Below, piece after piece: positions 1 to 11,982 of a stretch of 64,000 nucleotides of DNA; position 1 is the stretch's first letter; every line of letters begins with the position of its first letter. This DNA is from Sphaerodactylus townsendi. Lineage: Eukaryota. The notes under the pieces were generated by a model, which was given only the letters and a program-made list of their open reading frames with translations, did no database searches and had not been told where the DNA came from. A program made the translations under genes and the position numbers. The stretch is from positions 41,540,001 to 41,604,000 of the forward strand of contig NC_059435.1 of NCBI RefSeq assembly GCF_021028975.2, in the 5' to 3' direction.

Positions 1-430
1 CAGCCAAAGGAGAGGGCGTGGCGCCCCGACTGATGGACGAGGGCAAACCATGGGCAGCGAGCCAGTCGGGCCGGAGCGCCGGTGAGCGGCTTGGGGCGGT
101 GAGCGGAGGTCGCCCACGGGTCACGGCAGTCCTGCCACTGTGGGTAAGCGTAGCCCCCTCCGGCGACAATTGCTCGCCGCCTTCTCCTCCTCCTCCTCCT
201 CCTCCTCCTTTCTTGCCTCGTTGTGGTCGCTCTCGCTTTCTTCCCTGTGCCTGGCAGCAGGGCTTTGTGTGCGTCTCAGTCAGCCCAGAGCATCCATCTG
301 GGGAGCAGCTCGCGGCTTTAGCGCGCCCCTGTGAACAAGGGCAGCCTACAGGTGGCTGCCCCTTTCTCCCGAGAGTGACTGGCCCACGGGCGCCATGTGA
401 ATGTCTAGGGCAGAGTGGGATCTGGACCCC
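1..430 (+). promoter_or_regulatory. GSDME: CpG island, GSDME promoter and probable first exon, with candidate donors at 82, 99 and 144
   Basis: Dense CpG and high GC, unlike the rest of the window. GTGAGC at 82 and 99 and GTAAGC at 144 are donor-like. It lies 7 kb upstream of the ATG exon, consistent with the untranslated exon 1 of mammalian GSDME. Confidence 0.7.
181..208. repeat. (CCT)n microsatellite
   Basis: Direct reading; a second (CCT)n tract lies at about 15381-15405. Confidence 0.9.
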
Positions 431-477
431 GGGCTGTCTCGTCTTACTTAGTCTCTGTCGGCTCTGTTTCATTTGAA

Positions 478-900
478 AACATAAGATCAGTCTACTCCAG
501 CATCTTTTTTTCCTGCAGCCAGATGGAAGCCCACCAACAAGGCATGCATGCAGTAGCCCAGCCTTGTGGTTGGCCTCACTAACTGATATTCAAAGATTTG
601 TTGCCTCTAGATATGGAGGTTCCCTTCTGCTATCCTGGTGAACAGCAAGGTCTGTCTTCCTTGGATGGATTCGTTTTTAAATAGGCTATCTAAAAGTAAC
701 TGACTGTCACCCCACATCTTGCAGCAGTGAATTCCATAAAACTGATCCCATGTTGTGTGAATTTCCTGAAGCACATTTGATCTGCTGATCCCACACTCAG
801 CGTTGCCAGAAGTGGAGAATAATTGCCATCTGTCCGCTTTTTCTGGTTTGTCATTTTATAAACTACTGGCCCGTTTCTTTGTCTCATCTGTAAACCCCAA
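478..900 (-). mobile_element. CR1 LINE 3' end, old
   Basis: Starts aacataaga, followed by sequence typical of the antisense CR1 3' UTR and ORF2 end in sauropsids. Confidence 0.55.
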
Positions 901-3456
901 GCGCTTTACCCTGCTGTCCAATCTGTTAGTAGTTTCTTGTGCTCATCCCATGACTATAGAACGTATTTTCCCATCTTAATTGCTTGCTCTGTTGTGCATA
1001 GGCACACTTGCACATGCATATGATGTAACACTTCACACTTGTTTTCTCCATTCTCCAAATTATATATTATGGATTAAAAGTACTTTTTGTATAGGTTTGA
1101 GAGAGTTAAGCTCCCTCACTCTCTCCCCCCGCCAGCTCTGCTGTTTGTAACCTTGTGTGTTTGTGCATTCATAATCTATGCTAATATTTCACGAATCTAA
1201 TTAAATGGGCTCAGGCTCACAAAAGTTTATACCACAGCAAATTTGTTAGTTTTTCAGGTGCCACAAGGCTCTTGGCTGTGGAATTGTCACACTTTGTGTA
1301 CACCATTGTGCATGCTTTCAAGGCACAGTTTGTGTGCACATCCTGGCCTCTGCCTTTCTCCAGCACATGACTACCGGTACATAGACTGTATTATCCCCAC
1401 ATATTTGACTAGGCTTTCTATTTGTACAGGCTTCACATATTTATGATCCTATCATGACAATAGGAAGCAGTTTTCTTGGTATTACGGTATGTTATAGCCA
1501 CGGATCCTCTCCTCTAGTCCTACTTTGACCTGTTGTGCCCCTTCCTAGCTGTCCAAAGTTGTGAGGTTGACTGTACTATTTGTGTCTTATTTTCACTCTT
1601 AACAGTAAAGAGATGTTTACGTGACACTGCCAGGGCCAGCTCTTCCACTAGGCAAACCTAGACAATCAGTCACCAAGCATACCAGAGATGGAGGGGCAAC
1701 AACCAGTCCTGCCAGCCCTACTGTAGCATTGAGGTCTCTTGCAGCAAGTCACAATCCTGGGAGGAGCCCTCAGCCCCAGTGGCTGGGTGGCAGGGATCCT
1801 GCCCCCCTTTCATCACAGCGGTGACAACCCACTTTCCAGCCCCAATCCTCTTCCTTTTTCCCTCACTGCCTCCTGTCTCTGTGGCAGGGAGCAGCAAGAA
1901 GAGTGGGTGTAGCCTCACCTCACTACCTCCACACCCTGCCGGTCTGTGCATGGAGGGCAGGCTCTTCCTTCACACCTTGCCTCACTGTCTGGGGAAGAGG
2001 ATGGCACTACTTCACCGCTGCACCTTCTGGTGCTGAGCAAGGATGGTGGGCACCGCCTTACTTCTACATGGAAAAGGAAGGCAGGTGCCATCTTCTTACC
2101 TCCCCCATGATCAAGTAGTTAGGCAGGCACTGAAGCCTAGGGCCAGTCCTGGAAACAGACCCAGTATGTAAAACAGGAGTGCTACAGTAGACGTAGGTGG
2201 CTACATTGGTCCACAGCAAATTCCAAAACCAAATCCATGCAATACTTTTTATTAAGACCAGTCAAAATAACAGAACAGTCTGTGCATTTCTATGCAGATC
2301 TACCCCAGTGATCCAGTGGGCTTTGAATAAAGTCATTCTGCGTAGGAATACATTGGTAGTGTGCATAACTCTCAGGCAAGAATTTTAAAAAACAAAAAAA
2401 AGGAGAGGGGGAGATTTATAAGGCCCCTCTGTCACCATCTCCTTTGGAATGTTTGCAGGGTGCAGGGAGTGGCCAGTATCAGGTTGCACTCTTGGCATTC
2501 TGGGAAGAAAAAGCAAAAAAACAGAAGCCATCTGTAGAAGGTACATACATGAGTGCTGTCAAGTTGCAACCAACGTAGGGTGACCCCAGTAAGGGATTTT
2601 AAAGTCAAGTGAGCAGTGGAGGTGGTTTGCTGGAGTTTTCCTTGGTGGACTCCCATGCCCCCTGGGCTTAGTTTCTATCTCACAAGATTGGTCTGCCTTC
2701 CCTTTCATATAGTCCATAAAAACTGATCATTAACCAAATGTTTCTGCTGCCAGAGTTTCTTAAAAGGTTGTAAGCAACTTAACTTGGAACATTACAATAT
2801 CAGTAAAAACAGATTTGTCACAAATAGCTGATGGTTTTGATATGTTCTCTCCCCCTTCCCTTTCATATAATGTGTCTGTTTCATACAATGAGCTCCTTGC
2901 CTGAAAATAAGGTGGCCAAGTTGTTGTACAAAGGTGTAGCAACAAAAATAACATGTCAAACTGTGGCCAGTAGATTTATTTATTTTTAAAGGGCTGGGGA
3001 ATCTGCTACCGCATTAGGGAACTTTGAGTCACCACCTACTAGCTTGGGGGATGCTTCTTTTGCCAGTGCAAACCAAGCAGCTTGTTAATGACAAACCTGA
3101 TATGACCTACTGTGATATCCTCCTTATCCTTCAACTTCACCCTCAGGGAGAACTCCAAAACACTTTGGTTGTGAGTTAACTCTGATGTAATTTCTATTAT
3201 AAGGAAGTCTTTGAGATAATTAGTTGACATTTGCAGTTCTCCCACCCTGAGTAAATCCAGCCCTACTCAATACTCTGCAAGTCTAATGCAATTACATTTA
3301 TAGCTGTGTATCTGAAGCTGATCTGAAGGCCAAACTGCAAATGCCATTTCTGTGTTCATTTTAAAATACTTAAAAAAAATTTTTTTTCAAATGCAGCCAC
3401 TGGAGCTGCTTTTTCAAGGAAAATAGATTTGGGATGTAGTTCTTAGGCCTTTCAGC

Positions 3457-3730
3457 CAGGGGTGTAGGGCAAGAAAATGGTGCCCCCCCCCCCCCATGTT
3501 CCCCTGTGACCTCGCCTCCCGTGGCCATGACTGCAACCCTGGCTTCACTTACATTTTTCTGCAGGCTGAAAATGGGACAGGCTGGTGGGGTGGGGCCAGG
3601 CCTCGCAAGGCGGGGCAGGGCGAGGCAAGGTGAGGGAAGAAGGGGCAGAGTTTCGAGGCAATTTTCCACCTCCGTCAGCGCTCATCCGGTGCACAGCGCA
3701 ACCCCCTGTCCCCTTATAGCTACACCTCCA
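3457..3730. mobile_element. Non-autonomous hAT element
   Basis: Termini CAGGGGTGTAG...CTACACCTCCA; 8-bp TSD ctttcagc/ttttcagc. Confidence 0.7.
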
Positions 3731-4734
3731 TTTTCAGCCTTATCTTGCTGAAAATAAAATATCTACCACTAAGTAGTTTATAACCCTGCTATGAAAAAAT
3801 ATGAGTACCTGTTTTTCCCCCAGTTGAGGGAAAATCAATTCAAGGTTGCTTTTGTCAGTGATAAAAAGATAAGGAAAGAAGAAGTTATTTTTATTTATTA
3901 ATTCGGCTTTTATACCGCCCGATCCCCGAAGTTAAAGAGTTTTCTTTCCCAGTTATGTTTTTCGCCTTGAAAAAAACAGCCATGGTGGTTACACTTGCAA
4001 AAAGGGGGAAAGAGACAAAAGAAAAATACCCAGTAGGGTTTGTCCCTCACTGTCATGCATTGCTAATACACAAATCTTGTTTTTACCAGGGTTATGTGCT
4101 ATTTACTGCCAGGCAAAGAATGAATCTATTCTGCTTTAAGGTTTGAGCAGTTCCTGTTTTAACTCTGTTTTTTCCTATATATGCTACATCACTGTGGATT
4201 GCGGTTAGCTTGGTTTAAGTTCCATATTCAGAATAGACATTCATTAAAAGTCAGAGTTTGCATAAAAAATGGATGCATATGCTAATGCATGTAATTGACA
4301 ATCTGCTCCTTGCGTATCTGAACAATTCTGTAGCACATTTTAACAAAAGTCAAACTTGTAAGCAATGTAATATTCTCTGTTATCTGCAAATACAGTCTTC
4401 AAATTAATGTTGAATGTATGTCTGCAGCTTTTATTTCTGTGCCCCGCCTCCCTTCATTTTGTGATATGTACCAAAATATTTCACCGATGTGGGCTGTCTT
4501 CCTTTATCATAAAATCACAAAGTTGTAAGAAACCACAAGGGCAGCTCCCTGCCATGCAGGAACACATAATCAAAACACTCTCGACAGAGGGCCTTTCAGA
4601 CAAAGTTTAAAAACCTCCAAAGAAGACTCTACTACCCTCCAAAGCACTGTATTCCACTGTCAAATAGTGTTATTCATTCCTATTTGCTTTTCAGGGTTTT
4701 TTATTGTTTGGAGCCTGGAATTTGGGGGCTGACC

Positions 4735-4947
4735 CTGTCTGAATAGCCCAAGTTAGCCTGATCTCATCAAATTTCAGGAGCAAAGCGGGGTTGACCCTGG
4801 CAAATGGTTGGATGGAAGACCTCCAAGGAGTATCAGGATCGTGATATGATGGAGGCAGGCAACGGCAAACCACCTCTGAACATCTCTTTCCTTGAAAACC
4901 CACCAGGGATCTCCATAAGCCAGATGTGACTTGATAGCAAAAAAACA
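4735..4947 (+). mobile_element. 5S rRNA-derived SINE (5S-Sauria-like)
   Basis: Head resembles 5S rRNA (cctgatctc...ttggatggaagacc). Tail ggcaaaccacctctgaa...ttgaaaacc...gacttga is of Sauria-SINE/RTE type. Confidence 0.75.
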
Positions 4948-5091
4948 ACCCCTTGGTTGTTGTACCAAGTGCAAGTATGCATATGCCACCAATATAAATG
5001 GCACTTCTTGCCATTTAGTGTGCGGGACCCAATCCTTTTCCAGTTATCACATGGAAAAGCAGTGGTTTGTACATATTGCTGCCATTTACAG

Positions 5092-5890
5092 CGGGGTGGA
5101 TTTGATTTAAATCAAATCAATTTAACTGACAATTTAAATCACAATTAATATCACTAGCCAGTAAGACTTGATTAGAATTACGGGGTTTTTTTTTACATAA
5201 AGACTCATTCTTACTGGTATAACCTGAACATTTACAACCAGATGAAGGTTTCAGTTTTTTGGGGGAAAAACTTTTCAGATTATATCAAAAATTACTCATT
5301 TGGTTTTACCATTAGAAGTACATAGGTAAATAATTATGAAATTATTGCAAAGTGAACTGTCTCCAGTTTAATAGGTCAGCAACTCATATATGGACAACAT
5401 TTCTACTGTAACTTGTTGAAAGGAAAAAAAATAATTATTACCTTAATTTAAACAGTTTTATTTAGCCAAAACAATTACATTATAGCCTATGTATTCTTGT
5501 ATTGCTTAAACATCCATGTTTGTTAACTGATGTATTTAAACAAAACTTATTTTTAAAAACATAGACTGTCAGCCAAGTCTATACATGGAAAACCTAAAAT
5601 ACTCTATCTCACTCATCTTCATCTTCATTATCTTGTTTGTTTTGTTTATTATCTGGAAAAGAAAAACAAGTTTTCCTGCTTTATCAGCTCCCCACTGTTT
5701 TCTCAATTTTGAATGAATGAATCCAGAGGAAGAGGGTATTCTGTCTATGCCAGTAGAAGATGCATCTGCTGTTAAAAGTGAAATAATTACTTCAATGGTC
5801 TCTAAAACCAAATGCTTAATTAGTGACCTCCACCAGTTCACTGGTATGACTTTTTAAAAGACATCATTGGCAAAAATATATTTCTTTTAA
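5092..5890 (-). mobile_element. hAT transposon 3' end with decayed transposase dimerisation domain
   Basis: ORF 5569-5841 (WWRSL...LLTADASSTGIDRIPSSSGFIHSKLRKQWGADKAGKLVFLF) fits the hATC pattern WW..ASSA..ER.FS....HSKLRN.LG. The terminus carries gatttaaatca subterminal repeats. Confidence 0.75.
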
Positions 5891-7093
5891 AATAATTTTT
5901 AATTAATTTTTAAAACTACATCAACTGCAAGATGGTGGACCCACCATCCTACATGAAGAGAAAAAACAGATATGAAATTCAAAATGTCATCCTCAATCTC
6001 CCAGAAAATAGCCAATAACCCACATAGTGACATTTAGTAAAGAAGAGATCAGAATCACAAAGTAATGGAAAGGAACAAATTTAACTGGTTCCCATTTTGC
6101 CTTCACACCATGTATAATATTTCCAACCAACTAAACCCCTTTTTCGTCTAAACCAGCTTATGTTATTATTGTTCCCATCTTTTCTTTTTTGGCTCACCAT
6201 TTGCATTTCCATTCTGCTTTCCATTCATTTACAGAAGAGGGGTCGGTTGGTTTGGATCTTGCCCAATGTGTTTTACGTACATATCTTGAAATGTGACTGT
6301 GACAATCCCCCTGCTAATCTTTGCAGTACAGATAAGATTTTTCAGGAACTGTTGTAGACTTGGCAATGTCTCCTTGTTGAGTGCACACTTGGAGGGAAGA
6401 AGGTGTTTGACTCTGTAATGTGTGAAGCTTGTGTCAAAGGAGCTTTCTCACCTGAACACTCAAGCTGCTCAGACATCACAAACAAACTGGAGCTTGAGCA
6501 CAGACTTGAGTGGTCAGACTTTTGTGCTATGCCTTCTCATACAGCGTGCTTACAGATGGACATTGTCAATCAGCTCCATTTAACATGACAGCTGAATGTG
6601 GGAACATGAAGTAATTAGAGTTTTCTTTCCTAGTTTCTGGGATGTTTAAAACCTTGATTTAATTAATATTAAAGATCCCAGTTACTTGGAAAGATAGAAA
6701 TTCTTGTTTGCATTCAGATGCCATGATTAACTGGAGTTAGTAGAAGACTCTCCTTTTCAATCTTGGCACTCTGTGCAATGGGAGAGAAGGAAGACAGCAG
6801 GCCAGCCATGCAGTTAGCCAGGTTGGTGATTTTCAAGAATATTCGTCTATGATGTCTAAATTCAGCCATGGTTAGCTGGTGGAGCCTAAACCATTAGAAC
6901 TGGTTGTGTTAAGAATGTAGTTATCTCTGATTTGGACTTGAAAAACACTGCAGATGCAGTTTGTTTTGGAGATGACTGTCCAAGTTGGTATCTTCATAAA
7001 AAATGTAAACTGCTTGTGCTGCTTTTCATGATAACTGTATTTGCCAAATTTCCTTTTGTTCCATAAGGTGCTGCAACAACATTTCCTGCAAGG

Positions 7094-7304
7094 ATGTTTG
7101 CCAAAGCAACAAAGAATTTTGTGAGAGAGGTTGACTGTGGAGGAGACTTGATCCCGGTGTCACGACTCAATGACTTAGATAAATTTCAGCTCCTGAGCTT
7201 GGTAACCAAGAAGAAGAAAACCTGGTGTTGGCAGAAGCCAAAGTACCACCTGTTGTCAGTCACACTGAATGATGTCCTCGCTGAAGGCGATCGCATAAAA
7301 CCAG
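7094..7304 (+). CDS. GSDME: GSDME coding exon 1 (exon 2), start of the pore-forming domain
   Basis: MFAKATKNFVREVDCGGDLIPVSRLNDLDKFQLLSLVTKKKKTWCWQKPKY...IKP; acceptor AG at 7066-7067, donor GTAAAA at 7305; 211 nt of CDS. Confidence 0.97.
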
Positions 7305-8539
7305 GTAAAACAACAGCTCCAGGTGTTAAGGCAAGGTGAAGTTATGACTATCAAGTGTTTCATATCTGAATTGTGGCAGATGTGTCTGCTTACCTTTTAT
7401 TTTTATTTTTTTTTAGAACTTTGAAATATTCTGCACTTTCTGGAAAGCAAGCTGTTGCCTTTTTATTGCAGTTTAACTTGTCATCTTGATTTTGTTTTCA
7501 TTTCAAAAGTATTTACAATGTATTCCAAAGTCGTTTCTCCAGTACAGGCAGTGAAAGATGATTCTGAATGAGGCTGTTGTCTTGAATGATTTCATTTGAT
7601 GGGTTTGATGTTGTGAAGCATTTATTGGAATGACTGTTAGACATTCTTGCATTTCAGACCCTTTCAGTTTGTAGAGTTCTTCATCCTTGAATATACTGTG
7701 GGATATAGTAGGCACTTCCTTTGACTCTTGGGTATCTTAAAAAGATTTCCATAGCCCAGAATCAAAGAGGGCTGTGCATGATTCATCACAGATGCAACTG
7801 AAGGCTGAGAACCCCCTGAAAGCCATTCTCACAAGTGCCAGAGAATTCTACTGGTCATAGCTGCATGAAATATGGGAGGGAAATTGGCAAATACCTCTCT
7901 TGTGCATGAGCAGAAATATGTGGAGGTGGGGCTTTTTGTTTCCAATTCTATTCTTCAGGGCCAGGAATGGGACTTTCTCCTGGATACCTATTTATCCTTC
8001 GCAGTTTATCTCACCCTTCAAATTTCTCCGGACAGTCTATATAACTAACTTCTCTTTCAGGTTTTACCTGCATAACATCCTTGTGAGATAGGTCAGGCTG
8101 ATATATAGCCCCATCTGGGGTGGGGGGGATTTGCCAGTGGGAGAGGCGTATGGCAGATTTGCCTTCCCCAGGGCACTTGATTTGGCAGATGGGCAAATTT
8201 GCCAGCATGCAGCCACCAATGTCCTCCTCCACAGTGGGATGTGGCACTAGATGTGGCGCCAGCATCCCTGCACTCCCGCCACCACTGGCGTAGCAGAGGG
8301 AATCTGAGGGCATGACCAGGGGAGGATCTGACACTAGTTGTCTCCCTCCCAGCCATTGCCCATGTTGCGCCAGTGGCTCAGGTTTCGGACTTACACCACC
8401 AAAAAGACAGCGTAAGTCCATTGTGGGGAGGCTTTTTTTGCCTTTTAAGCTTCCCTACACCACTGGGAAGCCTCCATGGGAGTAGCAGTCCATCACAGCC
8501 ACAGCACCATGGCCAGGTGCTCAGCCCATTGATGAGATG

Positions 8540-8640
8540 CCCATGACCCAGAGATCACTCGGTGAACTTCATGGTTCAGAAACACTATGAACCTAGATCT
8601 CCCAGATCTCAGTCTTAACCATGATACCATGCTGGTTCTC
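8540..8640 (-). mobile_element. tRNA-derived SINE head (Squam3-like)
   Basis: Reverse complement reads gagaaccagcatggtatcatggttaagactgagatctgggagatctaggttc. Confidence 0.6.
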
Positions 8641-8814
8641 AGATAAACTCACTACCTATCTCCCAATAAAGCAAATCACATTTCATCCCCCAATCCTACA
8701 TTTCTACACCAGCAGATTTGCTTGCAACACTGAAGAAACTGTTCTTCTCAATCCTATTCAAATGTAGTGATATGTGATGTTGTACTGGTCCCATTTGTAA
8801 GTATGGGACATTCT

Positions 8815-8910
8815 AGGGCCGTGGTGGCGAACCTTTGGCACTCCAGATGTTATGGACTACAATTCCCATCAGCCCCTGCCAATTGGCCATGCTGGTAGGG
8901 GCTGATAGAA
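8815..8910. mobile_element. Truncated palindromic hAT MITE, related to 20588-20726
   Basis: Shares ctccagatgtt.atggactacaattcccatcag.ccctgcca with the full copy. Confidence 0.7.
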
Positions 8911-9290
8911 TGAGTAAATGCGCCTAGTCGCTAGGGCAAGGAGGTTACCTGTAGGGGAAAAATTGCTGTATGACTTTGCTTATTTCATTTACTAGAACAA
9001 GCATTGGCTTTGAAACTGGTACATTTCAGAGCTCAGGATTTGCAGATTGTAGCAAGTGTCCATTCTTCCTTTTAAAAATCTAGTTCCACAGTGGGGCTAT
9101 TTTGCTGTCCCCATCTGTTGCCATTATGGCACTTGGATGTTTAGATTGTAACGAAAATATGACATGACTTCGTTTTCTGTAAAGTGGCTCAGGGAAACTC
9201 AAAGTAGATGAGATTACAGATATCCATTCTCTTCAAAATCTAAATTACAGCTGTACCCAATTCAAGTCAGGGCTGTGAAGAGATAAGTCT

Positions 9291-9620
9291 TACAGCCCAA
9301 TCTGTGGGGAGGGGTGTGTGAAACAGCTTCAGAGAGCAGAGCAACCTCCTGCCAATGTGTTTACCCTTTCACCAGCTTGTGGGGCCAGGCCAGGGCTTCC
9401 CCGGGGATGAAGCCAATTATAGTCAGTTTCTACCCTGGGTTCACAGGCAGGTATACCGCTGCCCTGAGCTCTAACTTAGCCCTATGGTTTAGCCCGGGAC
9501 TCAGTCTATTTAGCCCTATGGAGGGTGCTCCAGCCGTGGAGGAAAAGCCCTCTGGAGGCAGTGGGTCGGCACAACAGGGGTGCCATCCCTGGCTGCCTCA
9601 AACTGTGGATTGAGCTGCCC
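9291..9620. mobile_element. Putative non-autonomous DNA element
   Basis: Inverted termini cagcccaatc...gattgagctg around a GC-rich interior; similar degraded elements at about 8105-8520 and 53300-54160. Confidence 0.45.
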
Positions 9621-10106
9621 ATCCTTCGACCTATGCATGGCTTTACTAATCAAAACCACCCCCCTGTACTACTGTGAGCTCTTTGACGGAAGAAAGGACT
9701 CGCATGTCTTTTCCTTTAAAATGTTATAACATTTCAATTAACGAAACCATGTGAGGTCTAAGAATTACAAGACTTTCAACCCATTCCTGTAACCTGGAGA
9801 ACTGCATACCTAGAAGAGCTGCTTTTATTGCTGAAATAAGACCCTCACAGGGCACAAAACCATTCCCATGTTTTTTGGGGGCTTCATTGGCACCATGACC
9901 CAGATTCTTCTCTGCCTCTGTTTTCTGGATCACAAGAGCGCACAATGCATGGGCAGGATGGCTCAAGTGCAGTAGACTGGTTAGTAAACTTTTCCATTTG
10001 AATGGATTTGATCATTCCTAATTTTACTTTTTGGAAAAGTTTCCCCTCTTCTGTTTTAAAATGCTGATTGTATTGATTTTTGTTGCTATTTATTTTTTCT
10101 TCCAAG

Positions 10107-10299
10107 TTGTTGTGGAATCTGATTTTGTGAAATATGAAGGGAAGTTTGAAGACTATGTCAGTGGGAGCATCGAAACGTCTCTTGGAAAGATCAGTCTCGG
10201 AGCAGGTAGAAAAGGCATTGTGACTAGCCACTCATCTTTTGGAAACTTGAAAAAACAAGAAGCTGACATGCAGAATCTTATGAAGGATATCCAGGGAAG
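10107..10299 (+). CDS. GSDME: GSDME exon 3
   Basis: VVVESDFVKYEGKFEDYVSGSIETSLGK...DIQGR; pyrimidine tract + AG, donor GTCAGT; 193 nt. Confidence 0.96.
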
Positions 10300-10689
10300 G
10301 TCAGTCTAGGCTTTAGAGTTGATGTCTGTGTGAAAATTTGTGAAAGAAATTCAGAATCAGCTGGAGAAATATGGGACATGACATGTAGTTGTGTAGAAAA
10401 GAACTGTGACCCTCATATTTACAGGACTCCTGATATACTACCCAGAGAGCTTTACACTTTTCTACAGACAATCATCTGGTGTTATCTGGCTGTCCTCAGC
10501 AAGGCCAGAGCCTTCTCAGCAGTGGCCATCAGCAGTGGTGGAACTTGCTTAAAGTGACCACAGCGTTGAAAGACTTAAACCAGTTTTGAGGGGCTTGCAA
10601 TACAGAGATGTTCCTCCAGCCTTCTGGTTGAGACAGCAATGATAATTACAAAGTGCTGGCCAAACATGACACCTTCCCTCACCCCTCTT

Positions 10690-11220
10690 TTGCTGGTCCT
10701 TCATCAAGTTCTTTTTCACTTTTGGTGTCACCCAGTCCAGAACCAATCAGCATATATTAAGGTTAGGACTTTTTGCAGCGATGTGTCCTTACACTTACCA
10801 ACGTTGAACTTCATTTTGTTGCCTAGTCATCCAATTTAAATAGATCCTTCTGTAGCTTTTCATAACCATCCTAATTTAAACATCCTGAGTAATTTGATAT
10901 CATCTGCCAACCTGGCCACTGCTCTGCTGACCCCCAATTCCAAATCATTTATGAACAAATTAAATAGCACAACTCTCAGTACCCACTGCTCACTTCCCTC
11001 CACTGTAAAAACTGACCATTTGTGCCTACCCTCTGCTTCCTGTTATTTAACCAATTGTTATTCATAAAAAGATCTGTCTTATCCCTTGACTGCTAAGCTT
11101 ACTCAGGAAACTTAAATAATTGGAAGTCCAATTATATAGTATCCACCTGATCAGCCTTATCTACATGCTTGTTAAGCTGCTTAAGGAACTCTCAAAGGCA
11201 GGGTTTCCCTTTCCAAAGTG
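10690..11220 (-). mobile_element. CR1 LINE ORF2 (RT) fragment
   Basis: Antisense reads LFNLFINDLELGVSRAVARLADDIKL, a decayed FADD RT motif. Confidence 0.75.
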
Positions 11221-11244
11221 TTGTGACAACTGTCTGGGATGTTC

Positions 11245-11460
11245 CCTGACCTTAATGGCCCAGGCTAGCCTGATCTAGTCTAGTCAGATCTTGGAAGTGA
11301 AGCAGAATTGGCCCTAGTTAGTACTTGGATGGGAAACCATCAAGGAAGTCCAAGGTTGCTATACAGAGGTATGTGATGGCAAACCACTGCCAAGTGTCTT
11401 TGTCTTGAAAACCCTACAGGGTCACCAGATGTTTGCTGTAACTTGATGGCACTTTCCACC
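11245..11460 (+). mobile_element. 5S rRNA-derived SINE
   Basis: gatcttggaagtgaagcag...gttagtacttggatgggaaacc matches 5S box A/C; same tail as the 4735 copy. Confidence 0.8.
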
Positions 11461-11841
11461 ACTGTTTGGGATATAATGGTGCTCATTGGGATAATGTGCA
11501 TTCCATTCTGCCACTGCCAGTTCTTTTAATTATACTATTTGAATCCTGTTCTCGTGGTAATTTTATGGGAGGGAGGGGAGATGCTAGGTGATAAAATCAG
11601 ATCTTGGCATAACAGTTTTTGTTCCCTCCTGTGTTTTTCTCTGTGCCACATTGGGACTTGGGACTTCTGAACTGATGGCACACTTAAATTACAGCTGCAT
11701 TCTGACAGCATAGTGCAACTCTGTTTATTGGTAACTATTTCAGTTACAGAAGCTTGTCTACTATGCTTACTCGCAAATTGGAGTTTTTCTTGTCGCAAAT
11801 TGGGATACTAAACCACAGTTTAATCCCAGTTTTGAATCCTG

Positions 11842-11982
11842 GGCCCCTTCCGCACACACAAAATAATGCATTTTCAAACCACTTTCACAACTGTTTGCAA
11901 GTGGATTTTGCCATTCCGCACAGCTTCAAAGAGCATTGAAAGCAGTTTGAAAGTGCATTATTCTGCATATGCGGAATGAGCC
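11842..11982. mobile_element. PIF/Harbinger-type MITE, 141 bp
   Basis: TIRs GGCCCCTTCCGCA / TGCGGAATGAGCC, 3-bp TSD CTG; second copy at 42153. Confidence 0.8.

Noticed and set aside
18-476. 152-aa ORF in the CpG island
   Set aside because: It reads through splice donors into intron and a CCT microsatellite. Stop-poor GC-rich DNA explains its length; only the first codons may matter.
4735-4850. Possible 5S rRNA genes (also 11245, 22945, 40722)
   Set aside because: Diverged, dispersed and fused to a common SINE tail; these are SINE heads, not rRNA genes.
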